Assembly (NCBI GenBank): GCA_938014945.1
Contig: CALLQH010000188.1
Location: forward strand, 1-60,562
Direction of reading: 5' to 3'
Length of the DNA: 60,562 nt
Source: an uncultured bacterium
GTDB taxonomy: Bacteria; Pseudomonadota; Alphaproteobacteria; SP197
In this document: positions 42,913 to 52,448 of the stretch, in pieces
Position numbering within the stretch: position 1 is the first letter of the stretch
Layout: every line of letters begins with the position of its first letter
Made by a program: the position numbers and the translations under genes
The notes under the pieces: generated by a model
What the model was told of the DNA's origin: nothing
Databases searched by the model: none
Seen by the model: only the letters and a program-made list of their open reading frames with translations

Positions 42913-43743
42913 ATGACCACGCCACTGGCCGAAAAGGCCCGCCGATTCCGCGACCTGCATGCCGCCGGGCAGTGCTTCGTCATGCCCAATGCCTGGGACG
43001 CCGCCAGCGCCCGCCTGCTGGCCGCCCGCGGCTTCCCTGCCATCGCTACCACCAGCGCAGGCATCAACTGGGCCTTCGGCCTGCCCGACGGGCCGGGTGC
43101 GGCGCCGTTCGACGTCACCATGGCGCGCCACGGCGCCGTCGCGCGTGCGGTCGACCTGCCGGTCAACGGCGACCTCGAGAACGGCTACGGCGACACGCCC
43201 GAAGCGGTGGCCGCGTGTATCCGCCGCGCCATCGCCGAGGGTTTCGCGGGGGCCGGCATCGAGGATTTCACCGGCGACCGGGGGAACCCCTATTACGATA
43301 TCGGCCTTGCCACCGAACGCATCGCGGCGGCCCGCGCTGCGGCCGATGAGTCAGGTCTTGCCTTCACGCTCACCGCGCGGGCCGAATGTTTCCTCTACGG
43401 CCACGATGCGCCGCTGGACGAGGCCATCCGGCGGCTGCGGCGTTTTCGCGAGGCCGGGGCCGATTGCCTCTACGCGCCCGGTCCCACCGACGACGAGACG
43501 GTGCGCCGCCTGGTCGGGGAAACCGGGGGGCCGCTCAACGTGGTGGTCGAACAATGGCGGGAGACCAGCGTCGAACGTCTGGCAGGGCTGGGCGTCACGC
43601 GCATCAGCACGGGCGCCAAGCTCTTCCGCGCCGTCTATGGCCGGCTCGGCGCGCTCGCCACGGAGATGGCCCAGGAGGGAATCTTCAGCTTCGGTCCGGA
43701 CATCGTCAGCGACGAGGAGATCCAGACTGCGGTGACCGCCTAG
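42913..43743 (+). CDS. Isocitrate lyase/PEP mutase family protein (2-methylisocitrate lyase/oxaloacetate decarboxylase-like)
   Basis: ATG 42913 follows AAGGAGAG. Motifs are [46 protein letters not shown] and DCLYAPG. Confidence 0.85.
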   Translation: MTTPLAEKARRFRDLHAAGQCFVMPNAWDAASARLLAARGFPAIATTSAGINWAFGLPDGPGAAPFDVTMARHGAVARAVDLPVNGDLENGYGDTPEAVAACIRRAIAEGFAGAGIEDFTGDRGNPYYDIGLATERIAAARAAADESGLAFTLTARAECFLYGHDAPLDEAIRRLRRFREAGADCLYAPGPTDDETVRRLVGETGGPLNVVVEQWRETSVERLAGLGVTRISTGAKLFRAVYGRLGALATEMAQEGIFSFGPDIVSDEEIQTAVTA

Positions 43744-43978
43744 GCGGACATGGAACCGCCCGCCGCGGTTCGGGGGAACCGGCGGCGGGCGGCATGCGAC
43801 ACCCGGCATTGGGGCGCGGGGGGCGCCGGGCATCGAGAGGCCTTGCTGGCTGGCGTCGTCGCGCCTAGCTGGCTGGCCCTCCCAGGAGGGACCCGCCCGC
43901 CCTTGCAACCAGGGGCTGGAAGGGCAAGGGCGGACGGGTCCATGCGCGGATGCTTGGGGTCACCCGCGCATGTCGGGA

Positions 43979-44443
43979 TCAGCCACGCATGTGGCGCATG
44001 TCCTTGAGGATGCTGTCGAAGGTCGCCTGCTGCTCGGCATCGAGCACGTTGTAGAGATTGCCGACCGCCGCACGGATCGCCTTCACCTGCTCAAGGCCTG
44101 ATTCCATGTGCTGTTCGGCGCGGTCGAGCATCTCCAGCGCATTCGCCGGGCGGCCCTGGTCCTTCTCGGCATCGCAGGCGGCCTGCTTGGCGGCCATGGC
44201 GTCGTGAACGGCATCGACCGCGGCGTTCCAGGCCGGCATCTGCGCCTCGGTCAGCTCCAGGCGGCTCTCCATATAGGCTTCCATCATGTCGATGCGGGTA
44301 TCGTCGCGGTGCTCGCACATGTGGCCCATACGGCCGAAGCCGTCGCCCTCGCCGGGGGAGCTGTCGGCGATGGCGCCGGCGGCGGCGCCGGCAAGGCCCA
44401 GGGCAAAGGCGCTGGTCAGGATGATCTTGTTGCTGGTCTTCAT
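43979..44443 (-). CDS. Spy/CpxP-family periplasmic protein (LTXXQ motifs)
   Basis: It has a signal peptide (MKTSNKIILTSAFALGLAGAAAGAIA) and two LTXXQ-like motifs (LELTEAQMPAW and LDAEQQATFDSIL). Length is 154 aa. Confidence 0.75.
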   Translation of the reverse strand: MKTSNKIILTSAFALGLAGAAAGAIADSSPGEGDGFGRMGHMCEHRDDTRIDMMEAYMESRLELTEAQMPAWNAAVDAVHDAMAAKQAACDAEKDQGRPANALEMLDRAEQHMESGLEQVKAIRAAVGNLYNVLDAEQQATFDSILKDMRHMRG

Positions 44444-44494
44444 GGTGTCGATTTCCTCAGGCGTTGGGTGGGTGGCGGCGGGTCTGCCGGGAGC

Positions 44495-44788
44495 TCAGAG
44501 ACTGCCCAGCAGGATGACGATTCCGGGAACCTGCGGGCGGGCGGGAGCAACCGCAGGCGGCGGCGCCATGCGGTACGGGTGGGCGACCGCGGGCACCATC
44601 CCGGGGCGGTGGTCGGGTTCGGCCCTGCGGGGCTGATCGGGACGCTCGTCGTTGTGGGGCTGGCAGGTCTGACAGATCGGGGTCGGTTCGGCGCTGCGGT
44701 GACCGCTGTCGGCGAAGGCGCCGGTCGCGGCGACCACCAGACCAAGGGCGAGCAGGCTGCTGCGGATGAATGAGGGGGCGAACGTCAT
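44495..44788 (-). CDS. Hypothetical small secreted His/Pro-rich protein with a CxxC motif
   Basis: 97 aa from ATG 44788, with GAGGAA 9 nt upstream and high GC3. The signal peptide is SSLLALGLVVAATGAFA. The mature part contains CQTCQ and 6 His. It lies 51 nt upstream of the CpxP-like gene on the same strand. Confidence 0.45.
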   Translation of the reverse strand: MTFAPSFIRSSLLALGLVVAATGAFADSGHRSAEPTPICQTCQPHNDERPDQPRRAEPDHRPGMVPAVAHPYRMAPPPAVAPARPQVPGIVILLGSL

Positions 44789-44884
44789 GATTGCGGGTTC
44801 CTCGTCTTGTCGCCGCCGGGTTCGGCTGCGGCGTTGAGAGGAATGTGGGCCGCCTCGGTGTCCGGTGCGTTGCGCGCGGGGTAT

Positions 44885-44944
44885 CGTTTGGTAACCGTTT
44901 GTTACAGCGCGCCGGGCGGGCCCGGGTCTGTTACGCGCCGTAAC
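44885..44944. promoter_or_regulatory. Candidate response-regulator operator: tandem CGTTTG(G)TAAC units and paired GTAAC/GTTAC-N5 motifs
   Basis: CGTTTGGTAAC-CGTTTGTTAC lies at 44885-44905 and contains GTAAC-N5-GTTAC. GTTAC-N5-GTAAC lies at 44930-44944. Both are in the 201-bp spacer between the divergent small-protein/CpxP-like and OmpR/kinase operons. Confidence 0.4.
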
Positions 44945-44989
44945 CCGATTCTTGTCCCGCCGGGACGCGGCAGGCCCTATGTCAGGAGC

Positions 44990-45706
44990 ATGAGCACCAT
45001 GCCCACCATCCTGGTCGTCGACGACGATCCCGAAATCCGCGATCTGCTCGCGCGCTTCCTCGACAAGCACGGCATGACTGCGCTGACCGCCAGCGACGGC
45101 GAGCGCGCCCTGCGCACCGTGCGCGACGAAAACGTCGATCTGGTGGTGCTGGACCTGATGCTGCCGGGCGAGGGCGGCTTCGAGATCTGCCGCAAGCTGC
45201 GCCAGGTCTCCACGGTGCCGGTCATCATGCTGACGGCGCTGGCCGAGGACACCGACCGCATCGTCGGCCTGGAGCTCGGCGCCGACGACTACGTCACCAA
45301 GCCGTTCAATCCGCGCGAGCTGCTGGCGCGCATCCGCGCCGTGCTGCGCCGCGTGGCGGGCCAGGCCACGGCCGAGGACGACAAGGCGACAGTCTATCTC
45401 TTCGCCGGCTGGCGCCTGGATGTCGCGCGGCGCGAGCTGCTCGATCCCGAGGGGGCGCTGGTCAGCCTCACCGCGGGCGAGTTCGATCTGCTCGTCGCCT
45501 TCCTGGAGCATCCCCGCCGCGTGCTCGACCGCGACCAGCTGCTCACCTTCACCAAGGGCCGCATGGCCCAGCCCTTCGACCGCAGCATCGACGTCCAGCT
45601 CTCGCGCCTGCGCCGCAAGATCGAACCCGATCCCAAGGAGCCGCAGATCATCAAGACGGTGCGCGGCGGCGGTTACCAGTTCACGCCCGAAGTCAGCCGC
45701 GCATGA
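44990..45706 (+). CDS. OmpR/PhoB-family response regulator
   Basis: Motifs are ILVVDDDPEIRDLL, LVVLDLMLPGEGG, LGADDYVTKPF and the winged helix LTAGEFDLLVAFLEHP..V..R..L. ATG 44999 is an alternative start. Confidence 0.93.
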   Translation: MSTMPTILVVDDDPEIRDLLARFLDKHGMTALTASDGERALRTVRDENVDLVVLDLMLPGEGGFEICRKLRQVSTVPVIMLTALAEDTDRIVGLELGADDYVTKPFNPRELLARIRAVLRRVAGQATAEDDKATVYLFAGWRLDVARRELLDPEGALVSLTAGEFDLLVAFLEHPRRVLDRDQLLTFTKGRMAQPFDRSIDVQLSRLRRKIEPDPKEPQIIKTVRGGGYQFTPEVSRA

Positions 45707-47097
45707 GGCGGCTGCTGCGCCACGGCTGGGGCAATACCGCGGGCGTCGTGCTGCTGGTGCTGGCGACCCTGATCGCCGTCATCGGCGCAGGCGCCATCGT
45801 CACGTCCCACGACCGCGAGAGCGCGGCCCAGGAGGCCTTTGCCCGCTCGGTCATGGACCGCGCCGCGAGTCTCGCCAAGACGCTGGATGCCGCCGATCCG
45901 GATAGTCGTGAAAATGTGCTCGCCCGGTTCCTCGACCCGGTCTTCCGCGTCTGGCTTGCGCCGCACCCGCCACCCGGCGGCGGACCGGAGTGGTCCCATG
46001 GCGAGGATATCGAGGAGGCTGCCCTGGCGGCCGCACCCGCGGGCCTGGCCGGCGAGGTCTTCGTGCGTGCCGTGCCCGGCCAGCCGCCGGTCTTCGATCC
46101 CGCAGAGGGGCCGCGTCCGCTGCACGCCGACGATTGGCGCCACGGCTTCTACACCCTCATCATCGCGCTGCCGCTGCAGGATGGGCACTGGGTGGTGGTC
46201 GCCGCGCCGGCCCGTCCGCTGGCCACGCCGCCCGGCACCTTCGCCATCGTCGCTCTCTCGCTGTTCGTGGTCGCGGTCGTCGCCGTCGCCATGGTCGTGG
46301 CGGCGCGCATGACGCGGCCCCTGCGCACCCTGGGCGAGGCCGCCGAGCGGCTGTCGCGCGATCTCGATGCGCCGCCCCTGCGCGAGACCGGCTCGCGCGA
46401 GATGCGCAAGGCGACCGCCGCCTTCAACACCATGCAGGAACGCCTGCGCGGCATGGTCGACGACCGTTCGCTGATGCTGGCCGCTCTCTCCCACGACCTG
46501 CGCACGGTCATCACGCGCCTGCGCCTGCGCGCAGAGGACATCGACGACGAGGTCCAGCGCGCCAAGGCCCTGGAGGATCTCTCCGACATGGAGGTGATGC
46601 TGAAGGAGTCGCTCGATGCCGCGCGCGGCGAGACCAGCCGCGAACCGCGCCAGAAGGTCGATCTGGCCGCCCTGGTGAGGAGCCTTGCCGACGATCTTGC
46701 CGATGCCGGCAGGGCGGTGACCTTTGCCGGGCCGGAACGGCTGGTGTTGCATTGCCGTCCCGTTGCCCTGCGCCGGGCGCTTTCCAATCTCATCGACAAT
46801 GCCATCCGCTACGGCGGCGGCGCCGACCTGGTGCTGCGCCAGGACGGAGCGACGGCGGTGATCGAGGTCGGCGACCGCGGCCCCGGCATTCCCGAGGCCG
46901 CGCGCGAGGCGATGTTCCGCCCCTTCATGCGCGGCGATCCCTCGCGCAACCGGGCGACCGGCGGTACGGGCCTGGGCCTGGGCGTCGCCCGCTCGATCCT
47001 GCGCGCCCACGGCGGCGACGTGGTTCTGGCGGATCGTGAGGGCGGCGGCCTGCTGGCCCGCGTCACCTTGCCCGCCGGCCAAGGCCGGGGAACGTAA
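45703..47097 (+). CDS. EnvZ-like membrane sensor histidine kinase (two TM helices, HAMP, HisKA, HATPase)
   Basis: The ATG overlaps the regulator stop (ATGA). The H-box is LAALSHDLRTVITRL, the N-box is LSNLIDNAIRYG and the G-boxes are DRGPGIP and GGTGLGLGVAR. Confidence 0.9.
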   Translation: MRRLLRHGWGNTAGVVLLVLATLIAVIGAGAIVTSHDRESAAQEAFARSVMDRAASLAKTLDAADPDSRENVLARFLDPVFRVWLAPHPPPGGGPEWSHGEDIEEAALAAAPAGLAGEVFVRAVPGQPPVFDPAEGPRPLHADDWRHGFYTLIIALPLQDGHWVVVAAPARPLATPPGTFAIVALSLFVVAVVAVAMVVAARMTRPLRTLGEAAERLSRDLDAPPLRETGSREMRKATAAFNTMQERLRGMVDDRSLMLAALSHDLRTVITRLRLRAEDIDDEVQRAKALEDLSDMEVMLKESLDAARGETSREPRQKVDLAALVRSLADDLADAGRAVTFAGPERLVLHCRPVALRRALSNLIDNAIRYGGGADLVLRQDGATAVIEVGDRGPGIPEAAREAMFRPFMRGDPSRNRATGGTGLGLGVARSILRAHGGDVVLADREGGGLLARVTLPAGQGRGT

Positions 47098-47190
47098 AGG
47101 CTTCCGGACAGTTGAAGGTGTGGACGCCCGCGCCCCGTCAACCGGCGGCGCACGCGGCAGTCCCAACCAGAATGATTCGGGAGAACCACC

Positions 47191-47871
47191 ATGACGTTCC
47201 GTACCGCCGCCCTGGCCGCCACGGCCACGATGTGCCTTGCCCTGCCCGCCATGGCCGATGATTGTGCCGGTGCGCTTGCCGACAACGACGCCTGGCTGCG
47301 CGACAACCCGGACATCCGCGCCAGCATCGACAACACGGCCCAGCGCGATCTGCGCGACCTGCGCGACGCCGCCATGATCCTGGACCGCAACGGTCAGGAA
47401 GACGCCTGCGAGGACGTCATCGAGGCGATGGAGGACATCGCCCGGAAGCATCACGAGGAGGCCCAAGAGGCCGCCGAGGCCGAGAGCGACGAAGCCCGCA
47501 AGGAGCGCCTGGCCGCCGCGGTCGGCGTCAGCGAGCTTCAGGGTGTCCTGCGCGCCGACGAGCTGATCGGCCGCGACATCCGCAACCTCGAGGACGAGGA
47601 CCTGGGCGAGGTCGATGACGTGGTCCTGGCCACCAACGACGCCAGCCAGTCCTATGCCATCGTCGCCTACGGCGGCTTTCTCGGCATCGGCGAGGAACAG
47701 GTCGCCGTGCCGCTCTCCTCGCTGCGCCTGACCCAGGACCGCGATGTTCTGGTGCTCGACATCTCCGAGGACGCCTTCGAGGCCGCGCCCCGCTTCGAGC
47801 GTGACGACATGACCTCGCTCAACGATCCCAACTGGACCCAGACCAACCGGGCCTACTTCGAGAGCAACTGA
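47191..47871 (+). CDS. Secreted PRC-barrel domain protein
   Basis: It has a signal peptide (MTFRTAALAATATMCLALPAMA), an acidic helical linker and a PRC-barrel-like C-terminus (LIGRDIRNLEDEDLGEVDDVVL......YAIVAYGGFLGIGEEQVAVP). Confidence 0.75.
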   Translation: MTFRTAALAATATMCLALPAMADDCAGALADNDAWLRDNPDIRASIDNTAQRDLRDLRDAAMILDRNGQEDACEDVIEAMEDIARKHHEEAQEAAEAESDEARKERLAAAVGVSELQGVLRADELIGRDIRNLEDEDLGEVDDVVLATNDASQSYAIVAYGGFLGIGEEQVAVPLSSLRLTQDRDVLVLDISEDAFEAAPRFERDDMTSLNDPNWTQTNRAYFESN

Positions 47872-47923
47872 TCGACGAGACTCCCCGGATGTCCGGCCTC
47901 CTCCCGGCCTGACATCGACCCCG

Positions 47924-47960
47924 AAGCCGCCGCGCCCCACAGCGCGGCGGCTTTTTCTTT
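47924..47960 (+). terminator. Rho-independent terminator after the PRC-barrel gene
   Basis: AAGCCGCCGCGC-CCCACA-GCGCGGCGGCTT forms a 12-bp stem that runs into TTTTTCTTT. Confidence 0.75.
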
Positions 47961-48003
47961 GGCGCCGTTCGCGATGGCCTCCTGCGGCGGCAGGCCGGAG
48001 GGG

Positions 48004-48627
48004 TTATGCGGCGGGCGGGGCCTTGGCGACGCCGACCATGGCGGCGCGCAGCAGGCGGTCGTGGATGGTGTAGCCGTCGCGCAGGACCTGGACCACGGTG
48101 CCGGGTTCGGCATCGGCGCTTTCGACCTCGAACACGGCCTGGTGCTGGTTGGGATCGAAACGTTTGCCCTGGGCGTCGATCAGCCTGATGCCGTGGCGCT
48201 CCATGGCGCCGGCCAGTTCGCGCCCGGTCAGCTCCACGCCCTCGATCAGCGCCTTGATGGCGGCGTCCTCGCGGCCCTCGGGCGGGATCGCGTCGAGCGC
48301 CCGCTTCAGGTTGTCGGCCACGGCCAGCATGTCCTCGGCGAACTTCTGCACGGCGAACTTGCGCAGGTCGTCGCGCTCCTTCTCGGAGCGGCGGCGCACG
48401 TTCTCGGTCTCGGCGGCCGCGCGCAGCAGGCGGTCGGTCAGATCGTCGACCTGGCCTTCCAGCTCGGCGATGCGCGGGCTCTCCGCGGCATCGGCCGAAA
48501 GGGCGTCGGCCAGGGCCTCCAGCGTCGCCTCGGTGGCGGGGTCGCGGGCCTCGTCGTTGGCGGCTTCGGGGTGCTTGCGGGCGGCCTGGTCGTCCCGGCC
48601 GGGCTTGTCCTGTTCGTTCATGGTCAT
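48004..48627 (-). CDS. grpE: Nucleotide exchange factor GrpE
   Basis: Motifs are LRAAAETENVRRR..KE, VADNL.RAL and VLRDGY...DRLLRAAMVGV. The start could be ATG 48627 or ATG 48621. The ORF extends to TTG 48636. Confidence 0.95.
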   Translation of the reverse strand: MTMNEQDKPGRDDQAARKHPEAANDEARDPATEATLEALADALSADAAESPRIAELEGQVDDLTDRLLRAAAETENVRRRSEKERDDLRKFAVQKFAEDMLAVADNLKRALDAIPPEGREDAAIKALIEGVELTGRELAGAMERHGIRLIDAQGKRFDPNQHQAVFEVESADAEPGTVVQVLRDGYTIHDRLLRAAMVGVAKAPPAA

Positions 48628-48677
48628 GTCTCGCAACGCAACGGCGGTGTTGTCTTGGTTTAAGGGTTCGGGCTCAC

Positions 48678-48705
48678 AGATGGGGTCGCACGGGCCGCGA
48701 TCAAA
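48678..48705 (-). promoter_or_regulatory. Possible RpoH-type promoter for grpE in the hrcA-grpE spacer
   Basis: The minus strand reads TTTGAT-N14-CCCCATCT. Read another way this is TTTG-N17-CCCATCT, two mismatches from CTTG-N17-CYTATNT. Confidence 0.4.
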
Positions 48706-48708
48706 GCG

Positions 48709-49746
48709 CTAACCCAGCAATCGGCTGACCACCTTGGCGGTGTAGTCGACCATCGGGATGATGCGGGCGTAGTTCATGCGCGTCGGGCCGATCACCCCCA
48801 GGGCCCCGATGAAACGTCCGCCCTGGTCGGAAACCGGGGAGACGATGGTGGAGCAGCCCGAAAGCTGGAACATGCTGTTGTCGGCGCCGATGAAGATCGA
48901 CACGCCCTGGGCGTCGTGGGTGAGCTGGAGCAGGCGCATCATGTGGCGGTTCTGGTCGAGCTTCTCGAACAGGTCGCGGATGCGCTCGATGTCCGACAGG
49001 GCGCGCACGTCGTTGAGCAGGTTGGCCTGGCCGCGAACGATCAGGGTCGCCGGCCCCTCGCCGTCGCCCGACCAGGTCGCAAGGCCGGCTTCCACGACAC
49101 GCTGGGAAAGCTCGTCGAGCTCGGCCTCGTGGCGCGTCAGCTCCTGGCTGACGTCGCCCTGGGCCTCGTTCAGCGTGCGCCCGGCAAGGCGCGCGGAAAG
49201 ATAGTTGCCCGCCCGCGTCAGCATGGCGGGCGTGATGCCCGGCGGCAGGTCGATGACGCGGTTCTCCACCGCGCCCGATTCCAGCACGACGATGACCAGC
49301 GCCCGGTCCGGGGCCAGCGACACGAACTCGACATGCTTGAAGGGGGCTTCCTGCTTGGGCGCCACGACCACGCCGGCATGCTGCGAAAGCCCCGAAAGCA
49401 GGGCCGATGCCGCGCCCAGGACCTCCTCGTAGGTCCGCCCGGCGCCCTCGCAGGCGCCCTCGATGGCCTCGCGCTCCTCGCGCGAAAGGTCGCCCACCTG
49501 GAGCAGGGATTCGACGAACAGGCGCAGGCCCGGTTCGGTGGGAATCCGCCCGGCCGAGGCGTGCGGCGAGGAAAGCAGCCCCATTTCGGCGAGATCAGCC
49601 ATGACATTGCGCACGGACGCCGCAGAGAGCGGTCCCTGCAGGCGGCGCGAGATCGTGCGCGAACCCACCGGTTCCCCCGTCGTGACGTATTCGTCGACGA
49701 GGATGCGGAAGATTTCGCGTGAGCGGTCGTTAAGCTCCTGAATCAT
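48709..49746 (-). CDS. hrcA: Heat-inducible transcription repressor HrcA
   Basis: ATG 49746 (MIQELNDRSREIFRILVDEYVTTGEPVGSRTISRRL). Length is 345 aa. Confidence 0.95.
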   Translation of the reverse strand: MIQELNDRSREIFRILVDEYVTTGEPVGSRTISRRLQGPLSAASVRNVMADLAEMGLLSSPHASAGRIPTEPGLRLFVESLLQVGDLSREEREAIEGACEGAGRTYEEVLGAASALLSGLSQHAGVVVAPKQEAPFKHVEFVSLAPDRALVIVVLESGAVENRVIDLPPGITPAMLTRAGNYLSARLAGRTLNEAQGDVSQELTRHEAELDELSQRVVEAGLATWSGDGEGPATLIVRGQANLLNDVRALSDIERIRDLFEKLDQNRHMMRLLQLTHDAQGVSIFIGADNSMFQLSGCSTIVSPVSDQGGRFIGALGVIGPTRMNYARIIPMVDYTAKVVSRLLG

Positions 49747-49939
49747 GGTTTCTGGCCCGTTCCGGCGCCGGGTCTGGCAGCAGCCGGGGCGCTCTGCTGT
49801 CGCAGCCGGCTTCCGTGATGTAGGGGGTGCCCGGTGCAAGGTCAACGGTGCGCGGGCCGGGGCGGTTCCCTCGCCCCGCGTTCCGCTCTAGGTTCCGCGC
49901 CACGCGACTCCCCCATTCACCGCGACAAGAGAGTTTCCC

Positions 49940-50659
49940 ATGAACCGTCCCTCCGGCCGCGCCGCCGACGAGCTGCGGGCCATCCGCCTCGAACCCGGCT
50001 TCTCCAAGCATGCCGAGGGCTCCTGCATGGCCCGTTTCGGCGATACCCATGTGCTGTGCACCGCCTCGATCGAGGAGCGGGTGCCGCCATGGCTGCGCGG
50101 AGAGGGTCGCGGCTGGGTGACGGCCGAATACGGCATGCTGCCGCGCTCGACCAACACCCGCACCGACCGCGAGGCCGCCCGCGGCAAGCAATCGGGCCGC
50201 ACCCAGGAGATCCAGCGCCTGATCGGGCGCAGCCTGCGCGCCGTCACCGATCTGGTGGCCCTGGGCGAGCGGCAGATCCGCGTCGACTGCGACGTCATCC
50301 AGGCCGACGGCGGCACGCGCACCGCGGCGATCACCGGCGGTTACGTCGCGCTGCACGCCGCGCTCGCCAGGCTCGTCGCATCCGGCGAGCTGAAGGCCCT
50401 GCCGCTCACCGACCATATCGCGGCCATCTCCTGCGGCATCTACGAGGGCGTGCCCGTGCTCGACCTCGACTATGCCGAGGATTCCAACGCCCATGCCGAC
50501 GCCAACTTCGTGATGACCGGCAAGGGCCTGCTGGTCGAGGTCCAGGCGACCGCCGAGGGCGCCACCTTCGACCGCGCCGCCCTCGACACCCTGATCGACC
50601 TTGCCGCCAAGGGCATCGGCGAGCTGGTCACCGCGCAGAAGGCGGCGCTCGCCTCGTGA
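49940..50659 (+). CDS. rph: Ribonuclease PH
   Basis: Motifs are [14 protein letters not shown]...[23 protein letters not shown] and [13 protein letters not shown]. Confidence 0.97.
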   Translation: MNRPSGRAADELRAIRLEPGFSKHAEGSCMARFGDTHVLCTASIEERVPPWLRGEGRGWVTAEYGMLPRSTNTRTDREAARGKQSGRTQEIQRLIGRSLRAVTDLVALGERQIRVDCDVIQADGGTRTAAITGGYVALHAALARLVASGELKALPLTDHIAAISCGIYEGVPVLDLDYAEDSNAHADANFVMTGKGLLVEVQATAEGATFDRAALDTLIDLAAKGIGELVTAQKAALAS

Positions 50660-51258
50660 GCGACCGCCTCACCCTGCCGCCCCGGCTGGTGCTCGCCAGC
50701 CACAACGCGGGCAAGCTGGTCGAGCTGGAAGAACTGCTCGGGCCGCTGGGCGTGGAGGTCGTCGGCGCCGGCGCCCTGGGCCTGCCCGAGCCGGAGGAGA
50801 CCGGCGACACCTATGTCGCCAATGCCCTTCTGAAGGCCCATGCCTCCGCACAGGGTGCGGGCCTGCCGGCGCTGGCCGACGATTCCGGCCTTTCGGTCGC
50901 GGCCCTGGGCGGCAAGCCCGGCATCCATTCGGCGCGCTGGGCCGGGCCCGACCGCGATTTCGCGCTTGCCATGAAGAAGGTCGAGGAAGCCCTGGGCGAC
51001 GACCCCGACCGCTCCGCCAGCTTCCACTGCGTGCTGGCGCTGGCCTGGCCGGACGGCGCCGAGATGGTCTTCGAAGGCCGTGTCGACGGGCATCTGGAGT
51101 TTCCGCCGCGCGGTTCCAACGGCTTCGGCTATGACCCGATCTTCGTGCCCGAGGACGAGACCCGCACCTTCGGCGAGATGACGCCGCAGGAGAAGAAGGC
51201 GCGCAACCACCGGGCGCGGGCCTTCGCCCGCCTGCTCGGCGCAGCGGACTTCCACTGA
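50656..51258 (+). CDS. rdgB: dITP/XTP pyrophosphatase (RdgB/HAM1 family)
   Basis: The GTG start overlaps the rph stop (GTGA). Motifs are [45 protein letters not shown] and GFGYDPIF. Confidence 0.93.
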   Translation: MSDRLTLPPRLVLASHNAGKLVELEELLGPLGVEVVGAGALGLPEPEETGDTYVANALLKAHASAQGAGLPALADDSGLSVAALGGKPGIHSARWAGPDRDFALAMKKVEEALGDDPDRSASFHCVLALAWPDGAEMVFEGRVDGHLEFPPRGSNGFGYDPIFVPEDETRTFGEMTPQEKKARNHRARAFARLLGAADFH

Positions 51259-51260
51259 CG

Positions 51261-52448
51261 GTGAATCCCGCTCCCGCCAGCAGCGATGCCGGGTCCGATC
51301 CCGGCTTCGGGGTCTATGTCCACTGGCCGTTCTGCCAGTCGAAGTGCCCCTACTGCGACTTCAACAGCCATGTCCGCGAGACGATCGACGAGGCGCGCTG
51401 GCGCGCCGCGCTGACCGCGGAAATCGCCCACATGGCGCAGGTCGCGCCGGGGCGAACGGTCACCAGCATCTTCTTCGGCGGCGGCACGCCTTCGCTGATG
51501 GACCCGGCGACCGTCGGTGCCGCACTCGATGCCATCGCGGCGCACTGGCCGCTGGCGGGCGATGCCGAGGTGACGCTGGAGGCCAACCCCGGCAGCGTCG
51601 AGGCGGGCCGTTTCGCGGGCTACCGCGCGGCGGGCGTGGGCCGTGTCTCGCTCGGCGTCCAGGCGCTCGACGATACCGCATTGAAGGCGCTGGGCCGCCG
51701 CCACGACCACGCCGAGGCGCTGGCCGCCATCGCCATCGCGCGCGAGCACTTCCCGCGCATGTCCTTCGATCTGATCTATGCCCGCCCCCACCAGAGCCCG
51801 GCGGACTGGGAGGCTGAACTTTCCCGCGCGCTTGCCTACGGCACGGATCATCTCTCGCTCTACCAGCTCACCATCGAGCCCGGCACGGCCTTCCACACCC
51901 TCCATCGCCGCGGCGATCTGGTGGTGCCCTGCGAGGACGACCAGGCGGCGATGTACGAGGCGACCCAGGCGATGACGGCAGAGGCGGGCCTGCCTCCTTA
52001 CGAGGTCTCCAACCACGCCCGGCCGGGGCAGGAGAGCCGCCACAACGTCCTCTACTGGCGTTCGGGCGAATGGGTCGGCATCGGACCCGGCGCCCACGGC
52101 CGGCTCAACGCGCCGGGTGGCATCAGCATCGCGCGGCGTCAGGAAAAGGCGCCCGAAACCTGGCTCGGCGCCGTTGTATCCCAGGGCCACGGTACCGCCG
52201 AAACCGTCGAGATCGGCGGCGAGGAGCGTGTCGCCGAGGTGCTGATGATGGGCCTGCGCCTGGTCGAGGGCCTGCGCGAAAGCGATGTCCTGCGCGCCAC
52301 GGGCCGGGAACTCGATCACGTCGTTCCGGCCGCGCGTCTGGCGCCGCTTTTCGCGGGTGGCCTGCTGGTGCGCGAACCCGGCCGCCTGCGCGCCACCGCG
52401 GCGGGCCGTCAGGTGCTCAACGGCGTGCTGGACCGGCTGCTCGGCTAG
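51261..52448 (+). CDS. hemW: Radical SAM heme chaperone HemW (oxygen-independent coproporphyrinogen oxidase-like)
   Basis: The radical SAM motif is VYVHWPFCQSKCPYCDF. Other motifs are FFGGGTPSL and SLYQLTIEPGT. The rph-rdgB-hemW order is conserved. Confidence 0.9.
   Translation: MNPAPASSDAGSDPGFGVYVHWPFCQSKCPYCDFNSHVRETIDEARWRAALTAEIAHMAQVAPGRTVTSIFFGGGTPSLMDPATVGAALDAIAAHWPLAGDAEVTLEANPGSVEAGRFAGYRAAGVGRVSLGVQALDDTALKALGRRHDHAEALAAIAIAREHFPRMSFDLIYARPHQSPADWEAELSRALAYGTDHLSLYQLTIEPGTAFHTLHRRGDLVVPCEDDQAAMYEATQAMTAEAGLPPYEVSNHARPGQESRHNVLYWRSGEWVGIGPGAHGRLNAPGGISIARRQEKAPETWLGAVVSQGHGTAETVEIGGEERVAEVLMMGLRLVEGLRESDVLRATGRELDHVVPAARLAPLFAGGLLVREPGRLRATAAGRQVLNGVLDRLLG

Noticed and set aside
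43744-43978. Small ORFs (e.g. 43750-44007, 85 aa) and a GCAAGGGCGG/CCGCCCTTGC hairpin in the 235-bp convergent spacer after the PEP-mutase-family gene.
   Set aside because: The ORF translations are low-complexity with no RBS. The hairpin has a long loop and no U-tract, so I do not call it a terminator or a gene.
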